A stretch of 64,000 nucleotides of DNA from an uncultured bacterium (GTDB lineage Bacteria > Babelota > Babeliae > Babelales > Vermiphilaceae), in the NCBI GenBank assembly GCA_963713925.1, contig OY970212.1, positions 800,001-864,000 of the forward strand, in the 5' to 3' direction. The translations under genes and the position numbers were made by a program. The notes under the pieces were generated by a model. That model saw only the letters and a program-made list of their open reading frames with translations, was not told where the DNA came from and searched no databases. Below are positions 1-10,689 of this stretch, piece by piece. Each line of letters opens with the position of its first letter. The stretch's first letter is position 1.

Positions 1-290
1 GCTTTTGATTCCGACAAAGGCTCTTCATCTTTTTGTTCAGAGCCCGTATTTAAAGGAGACTCAAATCCGCTGTCATAAAGAGAGAACATTGATGAATAGA
101 TTTGATCAGAGAGAGTATCATGGGTAAATCGTTCTAGAAATTGTTCTGCTTTATAGCGTTGCCCTCTGAAAAACCCAACTAAGAAACTGGCCGCCATGAG
201 CAGAAGAATGACCGCGACAATCGCGGGTAACGCGCCATAGCGCACAACTATAGCGTTTTGATGTGATTTTTCAGTCTTGTTTTGTGTCAT
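1..290 (-). CDS. Partial CDS running off the window; N-terminal transmembrane helix (MTQNKTEKSHQNAIVVRYGALPAIVAVILLLMAASFLVGFFRG...)
   Basis: ATG at 290 overlaps the miaA stop (ATGA); open reading with a hydrophobic segment. Confidence 0.6.
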   Translation of the reverse strand, partial: MTQNKTEKSHQNAIVVRYGALPAIVAVILLLMAASFLVGFFRGQRYKAEQFLERFTHDTLSDQIYSSMFSLYDSGFESPLNTGSEQKDEEPLSESK

Positions 291-1225
291 GTTATGCTCT
301 TAGACTCACGGTATTGTTCGTACGTACGATTGAGTAACAACAATAATTGTTTTATGTATAAATTAAGATCAGCGAAAGTCAAGTTAATTGAATCTACCGC
401 GACAAAATTATTTTGTAAATTCAGGAGATTTCTTTGTAATCCGTTCCAGAGAGTGATCTGACGTTTTGCATATTGTTTGGTCTTTTGAGAAAGAGCTGCT
501 GTCAGATCTTGATACTGCATCTGATGATTAAGATAGTTCAAAATATCATCATATCCTATCATTTTTTTCTCTCTGATAAACTGCTCCCAGTCAGTTCCTC
601 TCAATGAAGCAACCTCATCAATCCATCCGCTATCAAGCATCTGATGCACACGATCATCGATACGCTGGTGTAGCTGCACGCGATCGCGAAGTAATCCTAC
701 CGCGATAATGGGAAGTTCTACTGGATCAAAGCGTGGTGCAAAATCAGATGCCTTTTGCCCGCTATAGCAAATTTGCAATGCTCTTTTAATTCGGTATGTG
801 TCATGCGGATGGATGAGTGATGCTCGCTCTGGATCACATTTATAGAGCTGTTCCCACGTTATCAATTCAGGGTTCATTTCATCTTTATTTCGAGTTCTGA
901 AGCTCATTGCATATAATAACGCCTTAGCATAAAACCCTGATCCACCGACAAATACGGGAATTGTTCCACGTTTTTTACATGCAGAAACAATCTCAAAAGC
1001 TGTCTGCCGATACTGAGCAACCGTAAAATGAACGGGCGTACTTAAAATATTAAAAAGATGGTGTGGAATGGAAACGTTGCTTAAATCAGGCTTTGCTGTT
1101 CCAATGGTAAGGGGCGTGTAGAAAGAACCGATATCCATATTAATAATTTCAATCGGCAGATGGTCGGCAAGCGTGTAAACGAAATCAGTTTTACCGACGC
1201 CCGTCGGCCCATATATGATGATCAT
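287..1225 (-). CDS. miaA: tRNA dimethylallyltransferase
   Basis: GPTGVGKT P-loop, IGTAKP, VGGSGFY, YAKRQITLW motifs. Confidence 0.95.
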   Translation of the reverse strand: MIIIYGPTGVGKTDFVYTLADHLPIEIINMDIGSFYTPLTIGTAKPDLSNVSIPHHLFNILSTPVHFTVAQYRQTAFEIVSACKKRGTIPVFVGGSGFYAKALLYAMSFRTRNKDEMNPELITWEQLYKCDPERASLIHPHDTYRIKRALQICYSGQKASDFAPRFDPVELPIIAVGLLRDRVQLHQRIDDRVHQMLDSGWIDEVASLRGTDWEQFIREKKMIGYDDILNYLNHQMQYQDLTAALSQKTKQYAKRQITLWNGLQRNLLNLQNNFVAVDSINLTFADLNLYIKQLLLLLNRTYEQYRESKSIT

Positions 1226-1348
1226 AGTAAAAATAGTATAGCATTGCAGAATATTATTGTAATCAATGGCTTTACCATTCGACCATTTGGGAGAAACTAA
1301 AGGAGCTCTTCCTTTATTGTATAAATAAAAGAAGAGCCATAACTTATT

Positions 1349-1891
1349 TTATTTCATGCCGACACTATGATCAACCACAGGCTGAGCCATGAGCCGCACT
1401 TGTATACACAATTGCCGTAAGTGTTCTACCATTGAGGTTTCAGTCATTTTTTTAACGAGAGCAAGTTCTTGCGCAAGTAACAATTCTGTTTGTTGCAAGA
1501 GTGCTTTTTCACCGAATGATAATTCTTTGTGAGTCGAAATTAACTGTAAATCACGATAAATTTTGCCAATGTCTTGCAAATTTCCTGAGCGCAATTTTCC
1601 TTGATATTCTTTATTTCGCTTACTCCAATTACTCGCAACTGGCTCAGAAGGTCCGGTTTTGCATGGCTCAGACAACATTTTAAAAACTTCTTCTGCTGCC
1701 TTTGTATTTGTAAGACTGCGCAATCCGACTGAGGATAAATTATCGACGGGGATAAGAATGGTCATGTCTTTATTAAGGAACTTGAGTTCAAAAAATTGCA
1801 CTATGTGCGTGCCAACTTTTTTTTCGATAATGCGGGCTATTGTTGCAACGCCATGACCGGGATATACAACTTTTTCATCGAGAGCAAACAT
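1349..1891 (-). CDS. carD: CarD family transcription factor
   Basis: KVVYPGHGVA N-terminus, NWSKR, LSFGEK motifs; likely ATG at 1891. Confidence 0.9.
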   Translation of the reverse strand: MFALDEKVVYPGHGVATIARIIEKKVGTHIVQFFELKFLNKDMTILIPVDNLSSVGLRSLTNTKAAEEVFKMLSEPCKTGPSEPVASNWSKRNKEYQGKLRSGNLQDIGKIYRDLQLISTHKELSFGEKALLQQTELLLAQELALVKKMTETSMVEHLRQLCIQVRLMAQPVVDHSVGMK

Positions 1892-2039
1892 AAGGACCAC
1901 CCTTCATATAGATGGTAGTGCCCTAGAAACACACTCATGCAATTTTGATTTTAGCAGAAAAGGTATCACTTTGCTATCCGAGCTTTATCGTTATTGATAC
2001 AATGAGAGTGATCTGTAGTTTTCATACAAGAGTAAAAAA

Positions 2040-3422
2040 ATGATCAAAACAGTACACGATATTATACGACTCTTTAACTATTCAGCTGCGTGGAATGCCC
2101 TTGAAGCACTGATATATCAATCGCTCTTTTTACTCCATTACGGTTTCTTGTTTTACGCAATTGGAGCAACAGACTATGGGGTATTTTCAACGGGAATATC
2201 TATTTTATACGCATGGGTAATGATCGGTAATCTCGGTTTTGATTATACGCTCGCGCCTTTTTTTGTGTATATAAAGGCTGATAGATCCTCATTCATACGC
2301 TATTTTTATCGCCAGTGGGTGGCACAAATTATTCTCATGAGCATGAACAGTCTTCTGTTTTACCTATTCTTTTCACGAATCATGCCTGAACAATTTATAC
2401 ACAACGGCATGCTGCCCATTCTGATGACCATTCTTTTATTTTCCGAATCGATAAAAAAGAGCTTACGCATCTTATTAAATCTTGCACTTTACAACAAGGC
2501 AACCGCTTGTATAGAAATCGCCACGATCTCAACGTATATGATTATTGTCTGGACATACTATTATAGGTATCAACACGTAAGTCTTGACCTTTTGATCATA
2601 CCGCTCCTCATCACATCTGTTCTGAGCGGGGTAGCATTACATGCGTGCGTCCATTGGTGGTATACCCAGCTGCCAACCGATCATCAGAGTTTGACAGAAG
2701 ATGGCCTCACAGGGCGCATTATTAAAAATCGTTTTTACACGACTTTTTATAGTATTACCCAACAGATTTTTTCAAGTAACGTGTTGATTCCAGCAATTGC
2801 CTACAAATCCGGAATGAATACGGCAGGTGTGTTTAATATGCTCAGCACTATTGTGTATAGTATCACTCATGTCTTTTATAAAATAAGCGCGAGTTCAAGT
2901 AGCGCCGCATTCGCTTGGGCAAAAAAACAAACGCTTGCATTTAAACAAGAGATGTTTTCACTTGTGTGGAATGAGTTAAGCAAAGTTGCATCAATGGCAA
3001 CCATTTTACTCATTGTCAATCAGATGCATATAGCAACAAGCTCATTCAATTCATTCTCGAAGGAAACCATTTTGCAAGGATATGCATATATTGGAATTCT
3101 TATTATTGAGTTTTTTGCCGTGACCTATGAAAAATTTTATTTTACCGAGGAGAAAGCAAACAAGCTTGTCCTTCTCCAACTGTTGGTGATAATATCGGCC
3201 GGCATTACTATTGCTTATAGCCACGTCCTCAGCACAACACACATTCTTGAGATTCTTTTTACGATACGCATGATAAGCTTCATTCTTTTAATGATTCAAT
3301 CATTTCGTATATGGAACCTCAAACCGGAATGGCGTCAATCCAAAACTATACTGATATATGGGATCCCCTTTGCGATACTTTTGTATTGGATTCTCAAAAT
3401 AAGCATTGGATCGATCAAATAA
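2040..3422 (+). CDS. Polytopic membrane protein, MOP/flippase (Wzx-like) superfamily candidate
   Basis: About 12 hydrophobic segments; YGVFS...GNLGFD near the N-terminus resembles Wzx-type exporters. Confidence 0.55.
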   Translation: MIKTVHDIIRLFNYSAAWNALEALIYQSLFLLHYGFLFYAIGATDYGVFSTGISILYAWVMIGNLGFDYTLAPFFVYIKADRSSFIRYFYRQWVAQIILMSMNSLLFYLFFSRIMPEQFIHNGMLPILMTILLFSESIKKSLRILLNLALYNKATACIEIATISTYMIIVWTYYYRYQHVSLDLLIIPLLITSVLSGVALHACVHWWYTQLPTDHQSLTEDGLTGRIIKNRFYTTFYSITQQIFSSNVLIPAIAYKSGMNTAGVFNMLSTIVYSITHVFYKISASSSSAAFAWAKKQTLAFKQEMFSLVWNELSKVASMATILLIVNQMHIATSSFNSFSKETILQGYAYIGILIIEFFAVTYEKFYFTEEKANKLVLLQLLVIISAGITIAYSHVLSTTHILEILFTIRMISFILLMIQSFRIWNLKPEWRQSKTILIYGIPFAILLYWILKISIGSIK

Positions 3423-3629
3423 AGCATGCAGATAAAAACGGCTCAAAATTATTTGAAAACAATCCCGGCAATACGTTTTCACACAAAATCAATATATATT
3501 ATTGCACGATGTTTTTAAGCGATTCGACAAAGGCCTTTCGATAAAAATAATCAAATAGAAACAATTTGTATAAATGATTTACTAATTATGCCCGTATGAA
3601 AAAATTAAACTTTTTTCATACATTTCTTC

Positions 3630-4784
3630 TTATGAGCCAAATGATCTGCCCAAACCCAAATGCTCAAGTGCTTGAGTGAGACTAACATCTCGTTGCTGTT
3701 TCGCTCGTCTTGCAATGGTAATGCCATCATTATCTGCATGATTGAGGTCGGCACCTTTTTTGACAAGCATATCAAGTATCGAAAGCCGATCTTCCGGCTG
3801 TTCCACGAGGTAAAGCATATTAAGTGGCGATCGGCCCATTCTGTCAATAGCATTGGGTGATGCTCCCGCCTCAAGAAGAGTTCTGACTGCGGCAACCGGC
3901 TTCATGCTAATCATTGCCATATGGAGCGCGGTCTCTTTCGCGTCATTAGCCGCATATACGACCGCTCCATTTTGTATATATTCTTTTGCCTTTGCAATAT
4001 CTCCCTTATAAATTGCAAACATAAGAGCCGTTGTCCCATGCTGATCGGCATCTTGATAGCCGAGTTGACCAACTCCTACCCGCTTGTATGGCGTTTGAAG
4101 CGAAGTCAATACACTATTCATATCATCATTTCTTCCCAATGCATTAGCAAGATCTTCAGCGGTTTGACCTTCGTTATTTTTAATACTCAAATCTATATAA
4201 TTGCCATAATTACTCATCACCCATTCTATCCACAACCTATCTCTAATTTGCGCCGCATCGTGCAGCATCGTATTTCCAAACTGATTTTGTAAATTCCATT
4301 GCATGCCATATCCAAATAGTAAATCTGCCATGTCACCGCGCAATGGATCATTTGGAAAGTTAAAAATGGCAAGCAGCGTGTGTGATGCCCGTTCGCCCAA
4401 GGTGTTTGGCAACCACAGAGGGACTCCTGCCGTAATTAATATCGGTATCACATTCTTTGCTCCCATCAAAATAGCAAAGTGCCATGCAGTGTTTCCCTTA
4501 TAATCCCGTTCCTGAGCTTTCCTGACGTTGGCTCCCGCGTCAACAAACGCTTGAGCCTGATCCGCATCGTTATGTGCTGCGGCAATCATAAGTCCGGTTT
4601 GCCCATTTTGATTTACCGAATCAAGCTCATCAGCACTTGCGCCGGCTATATCGGAAAGTGTTCCGGAAGAGGAAACAGTAACGTCAAACCAGCTTGGCGC
4701 ATACAAGAAGCTTTTGTAGCCTATAAATAGAATGAATGCAAATGCTATCAATTTTGCCAAAAACCAAATTTTTATTCGTTTCAT
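3630..4784 (-). CDS. Membrane-anchored ankyrin-repeat protein
   Basis: Repeated G-x-T-x-L-[MH]-x-A units (GQTGLMIAA, GNTAWHFA, GNTMLHDA, GTTALMFA, ETALHMA); N-terminal TM segment. Confidence 0.9.
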   Translation of the reverse strand: MKRIKIWFLAKLIAFAFILFIGYKSFLYAPSWFDVTVSSSGTLSDIAGASADELDSVNQNGQTGLMIAAAHNDADQAQAFVDAGANVRKAQERDYKGNTAWHFAILMGAKNVIPILITAGVPLWLPNTLGERASHTLLAIFNFPNDPLRGDMADLLFGYGMQWNLQNQFGNTMLHDAAQIRDRLWIEWVMSNYGNYIDLSIKNNEGQTAEDLANALGRNDDMNSVLTSLQTPYKRVGVGQLGYQDADQHGTTALMFAIYKGDIAKAKEYIQNGAVVYAANDAKETALHMAMISMKPVAAVRTLLEAGASPNAIDRMGRSPLNMLYLVEQPEDRLSILDMLVKKGADLNHADNDGITIARRAKQQRDVSLTQALEHLGLGRSFGS

Positions 4785-5655
4785 AGAAAATCTCCAACTA
4801 TATTTTTGTTAGAAAATATAAAACATAAAAGCAATGCATAAAATTTCACACTAGGATTCAACAAACAGCAACTGTGTTTTCAAAGCCGCTCAAAGTTTCA
4901 CATGTTTCCCAATCTTATCGAGAGCCTCCCTTGGTCGAACCTTCGATATTTTTTGAAATCTTTTCATTGATATATGTTTGCAATTGATCCCTCATATCTT
5001 TATCGCATTCAAACACGCCGAAAGACAGAGAACTGATATAACAATTTTTATTTTCACAAAAAACTCCTATCTTCTATACATAAATTACTAATTTGCATAA
5101 TAAAACTGCAATAATAATCAAAAAGGCAAAGAAATATGTCGTAAAAAAAGAGTTTGAGAAAGGGGTAGTTGCGCGCGCCTTCCCTTTTTTAGTTATTGCG
5201 GGAAAAGTGAATAATGGTTTTTTGATAAAAACAATATAACTACAAAGAGAGAGAGGAAGAATGCATACAAGTAGTACGCGTATATTGGTAGTACGTGTGC
5301 GTTTTGTTATTATGCGTGCGATTGGTAAGAAGATTACTCATGTGACGTGTACTTGGCCTATCATTACCTGTTGATGCTCTTATTAGATCAATTCCTTATC
5401 TTGATCTTGATTTAGTATTAACTTGTCTGAGTTTAAACTTCCTTATCCTTTTCCTTATCCTTAGTCTTTATCTTTATTCTTATACATATGATTTATACGT
5501 AGGTAAGTATTCTTGAGTACTAACTTAATGTAGCGTTAACTCTCTTACTTATGTTGTCATGTTTATTCCTTTATTTGTTCTTTTATATATATCTGTTATT
5601 CGACTCGAAAAGATTATGCTTCGATAGTTTCAGTCTCATGCTCATGTATTTCTAT

Positions 5656-5701
5656 ATATAGAACCTAATATAGAACCTAATATAGAACCTATATAGAACC
5701 T
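5656..5701. repeat. Four tandem copies of ATATAGAACCT (spacing 12, 12, 11 bp)
   Basis: Read directly at 5656, 5668, 5680, 5691. Confidence 0.9.
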
Positions 5702-5851
5702 TATTTAAGACTTCCTTATAAGATCGCCCTTCTATATAAGATCGCTCTCCTCTCCATTACTTAACGCTTTGCATGAAGCATGAATTCACGAAGTCAAGCA
5801 CAGCACCCCTCCATCTTCGTTATACTTCGTCAGTCATGTGGGGTGATGGGT

Positions 5852-5912
5852 GAGGACGGAGTAGGGTTTCGCGAACGCGCCTCCTGCGTGGCGAGAGGCC
5901 TCACTCCGTCCT
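5852..5912. other. GC-rich long hairpin (GAGGACGGAGT...ACTCCGTCCTC)
   Basis: Perfect 11-bp outer stem plus imperfect inner pairing. Confidence 0.7.
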
Positions 5913-6361
5913 CTAAAACCTGGCAGAAATAGCGCTCAGTACGCAGCGGAGAGGCCTCTCGTGCCGTAGCTAAGTCGGGATAACGTGAATAAGACGAACC
6001 TAAGCGAAGCAGAGGCCCGCCTCTGCTTCGTCCTCCGATAAATTAAAAACGACTTGAAATGCACAGATGAAGCAACAAAAAACTGATCCCCCTTTCTTCA
6101 TAACATGAAAATCGGCCAAACAATCGCACGGAGAAAATCCCAAAGACTTTACCACGCATTGAGTATTATCAGACAAAGTTATTCAAAGAAGGTCTTTATT
6201 TCATCAACCTCGCTTCGCAAGATCGCCGATGGAAATATAATCGAAATAAATTGGTACGGGCTTGTGAAAACAAAATTAAGAAAATAGATTCGTCTTCCAT
6301 CCATAGATTTCTACTTCATTAAAATTTCGTAGGGCGTGTAAAATCCGATGGTTTTTACCGA

Positions 6362-6415
6362 GAAATAAGATAAAAAAATTTGAGTCTAATCGGCTAAGAT
6401 TTTTTATCTTATTTC
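6362..6415. terminator. AT-rich inverted repeat downstream of 6431..8074, with an HspR-operator-like core
   Basis: GAAATAAGATAAAAAA...TTTTTTATCTTATTTC 16-bp arms. Confidence 0.55.
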
Positions 6416-6430
6416 AATAGATTAACGACA

Positions 6431-8074
6431 TCAATTCGGATCCGAACTCGGATTCATTTTTCTCAACCAATCGCTCCATGCGTCGTAACTGAACCATGAT
6501 GATGTACCGCCTCCCTGAGGCGCTTGCGAAGGTGCCGCCGGCAACGGCGCCGCCTTAGATAATGGACTTAGACCTAATTCAAATAGAGACGCAAATTCGT
6601 TGTTTCTTGAAAAAGCCGAAGTAATTAACCTCAAACCTTCACGAGTATCATCAAAAACCATTTGAAACGCCCGAGAATCAGATTTAAATTTTATCGTTTT
6701 GCCAAACTCCTTTTCTTGCCCGTCAATTGACATTAATACGAGAGCTCCCGACACTTCCCGCCTATCCCTACCTTCACTGCCGACCTGCTTTAATGCAAAA
6801 AACAGGCTACTATTTCCAGGAATAAAACCGGCAACCGGATAAAAAGTTCCGTCGAAAGATTTAATTTCTTTCGCATTTGTGACATCAAACGCCCTCAACG
6901 TATCACTATTACAAACGATTAAAAACTTTCCATTGGAAGAAAAAGCACAGGGATAATGCATACGTTCAGAAACATTTGTAATATCAATATTTCTTCCGGT
7001 TTTTACATCAAATATGCTTACTCCCCTCATGCTACCATACGCCAACAAGCCGCCATTTGGAGTAATACAACAAGGATTGTGGGTAGCGTTTCCAACTTTT
7101 TTGACCAATTTTTTGTTGATGACATCAAAAACATTCAAGCTTTGATCGTTCATATTATCAAAAAAAAGATATTCTCCTTTGGAAGAAAACATAGAACTTG
7201 TCAAAAAGAAACTTCTACAAGATTCTATCCTTTTTCTTGTTATCTCTTTCTTATCGTGAATGTTATACGTAGCTATATCTCCATTGCTATAAAAAACAGA
7301 TATCAAATGCTCGCCCGGAAATGTAACACAAACAGCTTGCCCATCGCCGCCGTCCTCAGGAACCTCATAATTTTCCAATCTTTCAATCTTTATATTCAAA
7401 TCTTTATCAAAAAGAGCAGTTCCACTCGCATACCACCCCAATCCCGCTATATTTCCATATCCGGTAAAAAACTTCGATCTTCCATTTTTAACGTTTTTTA
7501 CATTTTTCACGGATATGCGATCAATGGTTACGAATTTCTCGTAAATCGGTCGCGATACCAACTGTTGAATATCTGGATTGATTCCATTCTCATCCAATAA
7601 TTTCGTTATATTATCGTGAAGATCTGCAAAGCTCTTTGATTCATCAACTATCTTTTGTCGCGCGCCCAATGCAACAAAGCGATGCGCAATAGGCGTCATC
7701 ACATCTTTCTTTTCTCCAAAGAAAAAATGGGCTGCTTTCAACAGTGATCCCGCTTCCGGAAATGATTTTTTCCCCTTCAAAAATCTTTTCAATCCGGTCG
7801 TGTCTTGGTCGGCCTCTTGAACTATCTTCATCAAATCATCAAACGTCGTTTTATTCAAATCCTGTAAACTAAAATCAAGAGAACCCCCCACTACATTCGG
7901 AGCGTCCTCAATCATACTTGTGATTACTGATGATTTTTTTAAAATTTCGTTGGGATAAAATCCACTTCCATCTGTGAATACAATTTGAGTAGTATTCACA
8001 TCCCGATCTGCCGCATATGCATATGCGAATATACCAAACAACAATAAAAGCTTTTTCACAAAAACCATAATCAT
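6431..8074 (-). CDS. Secreted protein: Skp1/BTB-like N-terminal domain plus WD40-like beta-propeller
   Basis: Signal peptide (KKLLLLFGIFAYAYA); KKSSVITSMIED...LLKAAHFF resembles Skp1; repeated FSSxGxxL...xxFDV blades. Confidence 0.65.
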   Translation of the reverse strand: MIMVFVKKLLLLFGIFAYAYAADRDVNTTQIVFTDGSGFYPNEILKKSSVITSMIEDAPNVVGGSLDFSLQDLNKTTFDDLMKIVQEADQDTTGLKRFLKGKKSFPEAGSLLKAAHFFFGEKKDVMTPIAHRFVALGARQKIVDESKSFADLHDNITKLLDENGINPDIQQLVSRPIYEKFVTIDRISVKNVKNVKNGRSKFFTGYGNIAGLGWYASGTALFDKDLNIKIERLENYEVPEDGGDGQAVCVTFPGEHLISVFYSNGDIATYNIHDKKEITRKRIESCRSFFLTSSMFSSKGEYLFFDNMNDQSLNVFDVINKKLVKKVGNATHNPCCITPNGGLLAYGSMRGVSIFDVKTGRNIDITNVSERMHYPCAFSSNGKFLIVCNSDTLRAFDVTNAKEIKSFDGTFYPVAGFIPGNSSLFFALKQVGSEGRDRREVSGALVLMSIDGQEKEFGKTIKFKSDSRAFQMVFDDTREGLRLITSAFSRNNEFASLFELGLSPLSKAAPLPAAPSQAPQGGGTSSWFSYDAWSDWLRKMNPSSDPN

Positions 8075-8294
8075 TCCTCTGAAGAACCAAAATCCAATTT
8101 TTAATATTTCATATTGAAACCATCATAACATTTCCAATTAGATAAAATCAAAATATTGCACCTTATTCGATTAAGAATGTGTATAATATACGCCATGAAT
8201 CCCCCGCCTGTCCTACTAAGGCCCTATCAATCCACCCGATGATCTTCCAATCAAAACAGGGGTGTCCCCAACCTTCAATGTTGATGAAGAAAAG

Positions 8295-8361
8295 TTGAGC
8301 GAGTTATGCTAAGATTTTTTGAGCATAAAATTTGACACATCATATAAAAACCCCCTATAAT
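8295..8361 (+). promoter_or_regulatory. dnaK sigma70 promoter (TTGACA-N18-TATAAT) with upstream HAIR-like HspR operator
   Basis: TTGACA 8332-8337, TATAAT 8356-8361; TTGAGC-N7-GCTAAG at 8295-8313. Confidence 0.7.
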
Positions 8362-8408
8362 ATAATCGAAATATGAACATAAACAACAATACATAAATGA
8401 GGTATGTT

Positions 8409-10295
8409 ATGGCAAAGAAAATAATCGGTATCGATCTTGGCACCACCAACTCCGTGGTAGCCTTTATGGAGGGCGGGGTTGCAAAAGTCATCCCTAATAA
8501 AGAAGGCTCCAACACCACTCCATCCATCGTAGCATTCACCAAAGATGGCAAACGTTTGGTAGGCGTCTTGGCAAAGCGCCAGGCAATTACCAACCCTGAA
8601 AATACGATCTTCTCCTCAAAGCGTTTTATCGGTATGAAATATGATGAAATGAAAGAAGAAATCAGCCATATGCCCTATAAGGCCGCAAAAAAAGCAAACG
8701 GGGATATCGCAATCTTGGCTCAAGGCGCACAATATACCCCCCAAGAAATCGGGGCTGCCGTTCTTGCTCAACTCAAGCAAACAGCTGAAGACTACTTGGG
8801 AGAAAAAGTCACCGAAGCAGTTATCACTGTTCCTGCCTACTTCAACGATTCCCAGCGCCAAGCAACCAAAGATGCTGGTAAAATAGCTGGTCTTGATGTA
8901 AAACGCATCATCAACGAGCCAACCGCTGCAGCACTTGCCTATGGTTTTGACAAGAAGAAGAGCGGCACGATTGCTGTGTTTGACTTCGGTGGCGGAACAT
9001 TCGACGTTTCTATCCTTGAAATCAGCGAAGGCGTTATTGAAGTAAAATCCACCAATGGAGATACTCACTTAGGCGGTGATGATATTGACCAAGAGTTGAT
9101 CAAATATTTAATCGAAGAATTCAAAAAAGAGCACGGTATCGATTTACGTAAAGATAGCATGGCGCTCCAGCGCTTGAAAGAAGCGGCTGAAAAAGCAAAG
9201 ATCGAGCTCTCGAGCCTTCATGAAACTGAAATCAACCTTCCCTACATCACAGCAGACGCATCGGGGCCGAAACATCTAACCATTAAAATTTCACGCGCGA
9301 AGCTTGAATCGCTCTGTGAATCGATCTTCAGACGCTTGCTTGAACCATGCAAAAAAGCGATGGCCGATGCCGGTATGACCAAAGATCAAATCAATGAAGT
9401 GATTTTGGTCGGTGGATCAACCCGTATTCCAAAAGTACAAACATTAGTCAAAGATTTCTTTGGTAAAGAACCGAATAAATCGGTAAACCCGGATGAAGTC
9501 GTAGCTCTCGGTGCAGCAATTCAAGGTGGTGTGCTCGCCGGTGATGTAACTGACGTATTGTTACTCGATGTCACCCCTCTTTCACTTGGTATTGAAACCA
9601 TGGGTGGTATTATGACAAAACTTATCGAACGTAACACCACGATCCCAACTCGCAAGGCTCAGGTTTTCTCAACAGCTGAAAACAATCAAACTGCCGTTGA
9701 TATTAAAGTCTGCCAAGGTGAGCGCGAATTTGCCAAAGATAATAAAGTGCTTGGCCAATTCAGGCTTGAAGGAATCAACCCTGCTCCGCGCGGCGTTCCT
9801 CAAATTGAAGTTACTTTTGATATCGATGCAAACGGAATCGTAAACGTATCTGCAAAAGATATGAAGACTGGTAAAGAGCATCGAATCACTATCACAAGCA
9901 GCAGTGGATTGAGCAAAGAAGAAATCGATCGCATGGTGCAAGAAGCAAAATCTCACGAAGCTGAAGATAAAAAAGCCCGTGAAGCAGTTGAAAAGCGCAA
10001 CCATCTTGACGGCGTGATCATGCAAATGGAAAAATCCCTTGCAGAGAACAAAGACAAGTTGAGCGCAGACGAAGTAACTTCCGCGCAACAAGCAATTGCC
10101 AAAGCAAAACATGCGCTGATTGAGCATGAAAAAAATGCAGAGGCATTGCAAACAGCGACCGAAGAGCTTTTGAAATCTGCAGGCAAATTGACTGAACTTA
10201 TGTATCAGCAAGCACAACAAGGTGCTGGCTCTGAAACAAACGATCAATCTTCTTCACAAAATGAAGGTCCGATTGACGCCGACATTAATGAGTAA
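8409..10295 (+). CDS. dnaK: Chaperone DnaK (Hsp70)
   Basis: [46 protein letters not shown] before ATG 8409. Confidence 0.99.
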   Translation: MAKKIIGIDLGTTNSVVAFMEGGVAKVIPNKEGSNTTPSIVAFTKDGKRLVGVLAKRQAITNPENTIFSSKRFIGMKYDEMKEEISHMPYKAAKKANGDIAILAQGAQYTPQEIGAAVLAQLKQTAEDYLGEKVTEAVITVPAYFNDSQRQATKDAGKIAGLDVKRIINEPTAAALAYGFDKKKSGTIAVFDFGGGTFDVSILEISEGVIEVKSTNGDTHLGGDDIDQELIKYLIEEFKKEHGIDLRKDSMALQRLKEAAEKAKIELSSLHETEINLPYITADASGPKHLTIKISRAKLESLCESIFRRLLEPCKKAMADAGMTKDQINEVILVGGSTRIPKVQTLVKDFFGKEPNKSVNPDEVVALGAAIQGGVLAGDVTDVLLLDVTPLSLGIETMGGIMTKLIERNTTIPTRKAQVFSTAENNQTAVDIKVCQGEREFAKDNKVLGQFRLEGINPAPRGVPQIEVTFDIDANGIVNVSAKDMKTGKEHRITITSSSGLSKEEIDRMVQEAKSHEAEDKKAREAVEKRNHLDGVIMQMEKSLAENKDKLSADEVTSAQQAIAKAKHALIEHEKNAEALQTATEELLKSAGKLTELMYQQAQQGAGSETNDQSSSQNEGPIDADINE

Positions 10296-10315
10296 TTAAA
10301 GACTTACAATCAATC

Positions 10316-10362
10316 CAAAAAAGAAAGTGGGCTCTTTTATAAAGAGTCCACTTTCTTTTTTG
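10316..10362 (+). terminator. Intrinsic terminator after dnaK
   Basis: AAAAAAGAAAGTGGGCTCTTT...AAAGAGTCCACTTTCTTTTTT. Confidence 0.85.
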
Positions 10363-10380
10363 GCTGTCTCGCCTAAATAC

Positions 10381-10689
10381 CCGTTCGAATAGTTCGACTT
10401 CGTTTACACTTTTACCCAAGCTTATACCCCACACTTACGTGCGGGGGCCCCGAATTAGCATGGGCCCGTAAACTTCGCTCACCACGAACGGGGATATGAT
10501 TTTGCTCATCATGAAATCTGTAAATATGCATTCACATATCTATTCATGGTAAATATGGGAAACCCCTTTCCGTTTTTACCCATACTAACGCACAAGGGGC
10601 TTCCCTTTCCGTTCGTGGTGAGCGGCGCGGAGCAAGTCGAACCATTCGAACGGGCCCCGAATTGTAGCTTTTACGAAACTTGGGTAAAA
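10381..10689. mobile_element. MITE/REP-like element, copy 1, with nested GGGGCCCC-type palindromes
   Basis: Inverted ends CCGTTCGAATAGTTCGAC...GCTCACCACGAACGG and CCGTTCGTGGTGAGC...GTCGAACCATTCGAACGG; homologous to 46878-47067. Confidence 0.7.

Noticed and set aside
6105..6321. Short ORFs in the long intergenic region
   Set aside because: Two overlapping frames without recognisable motif; possibly a pseudogene, but not supportable
6956..7600. 214-aa plus-strand ORF and other long antisense ORFs (e.g. 8616..9068, 9669..10247, 44511..45026)
   Set aside because: Shadows of well-supported genes on the opposite strand
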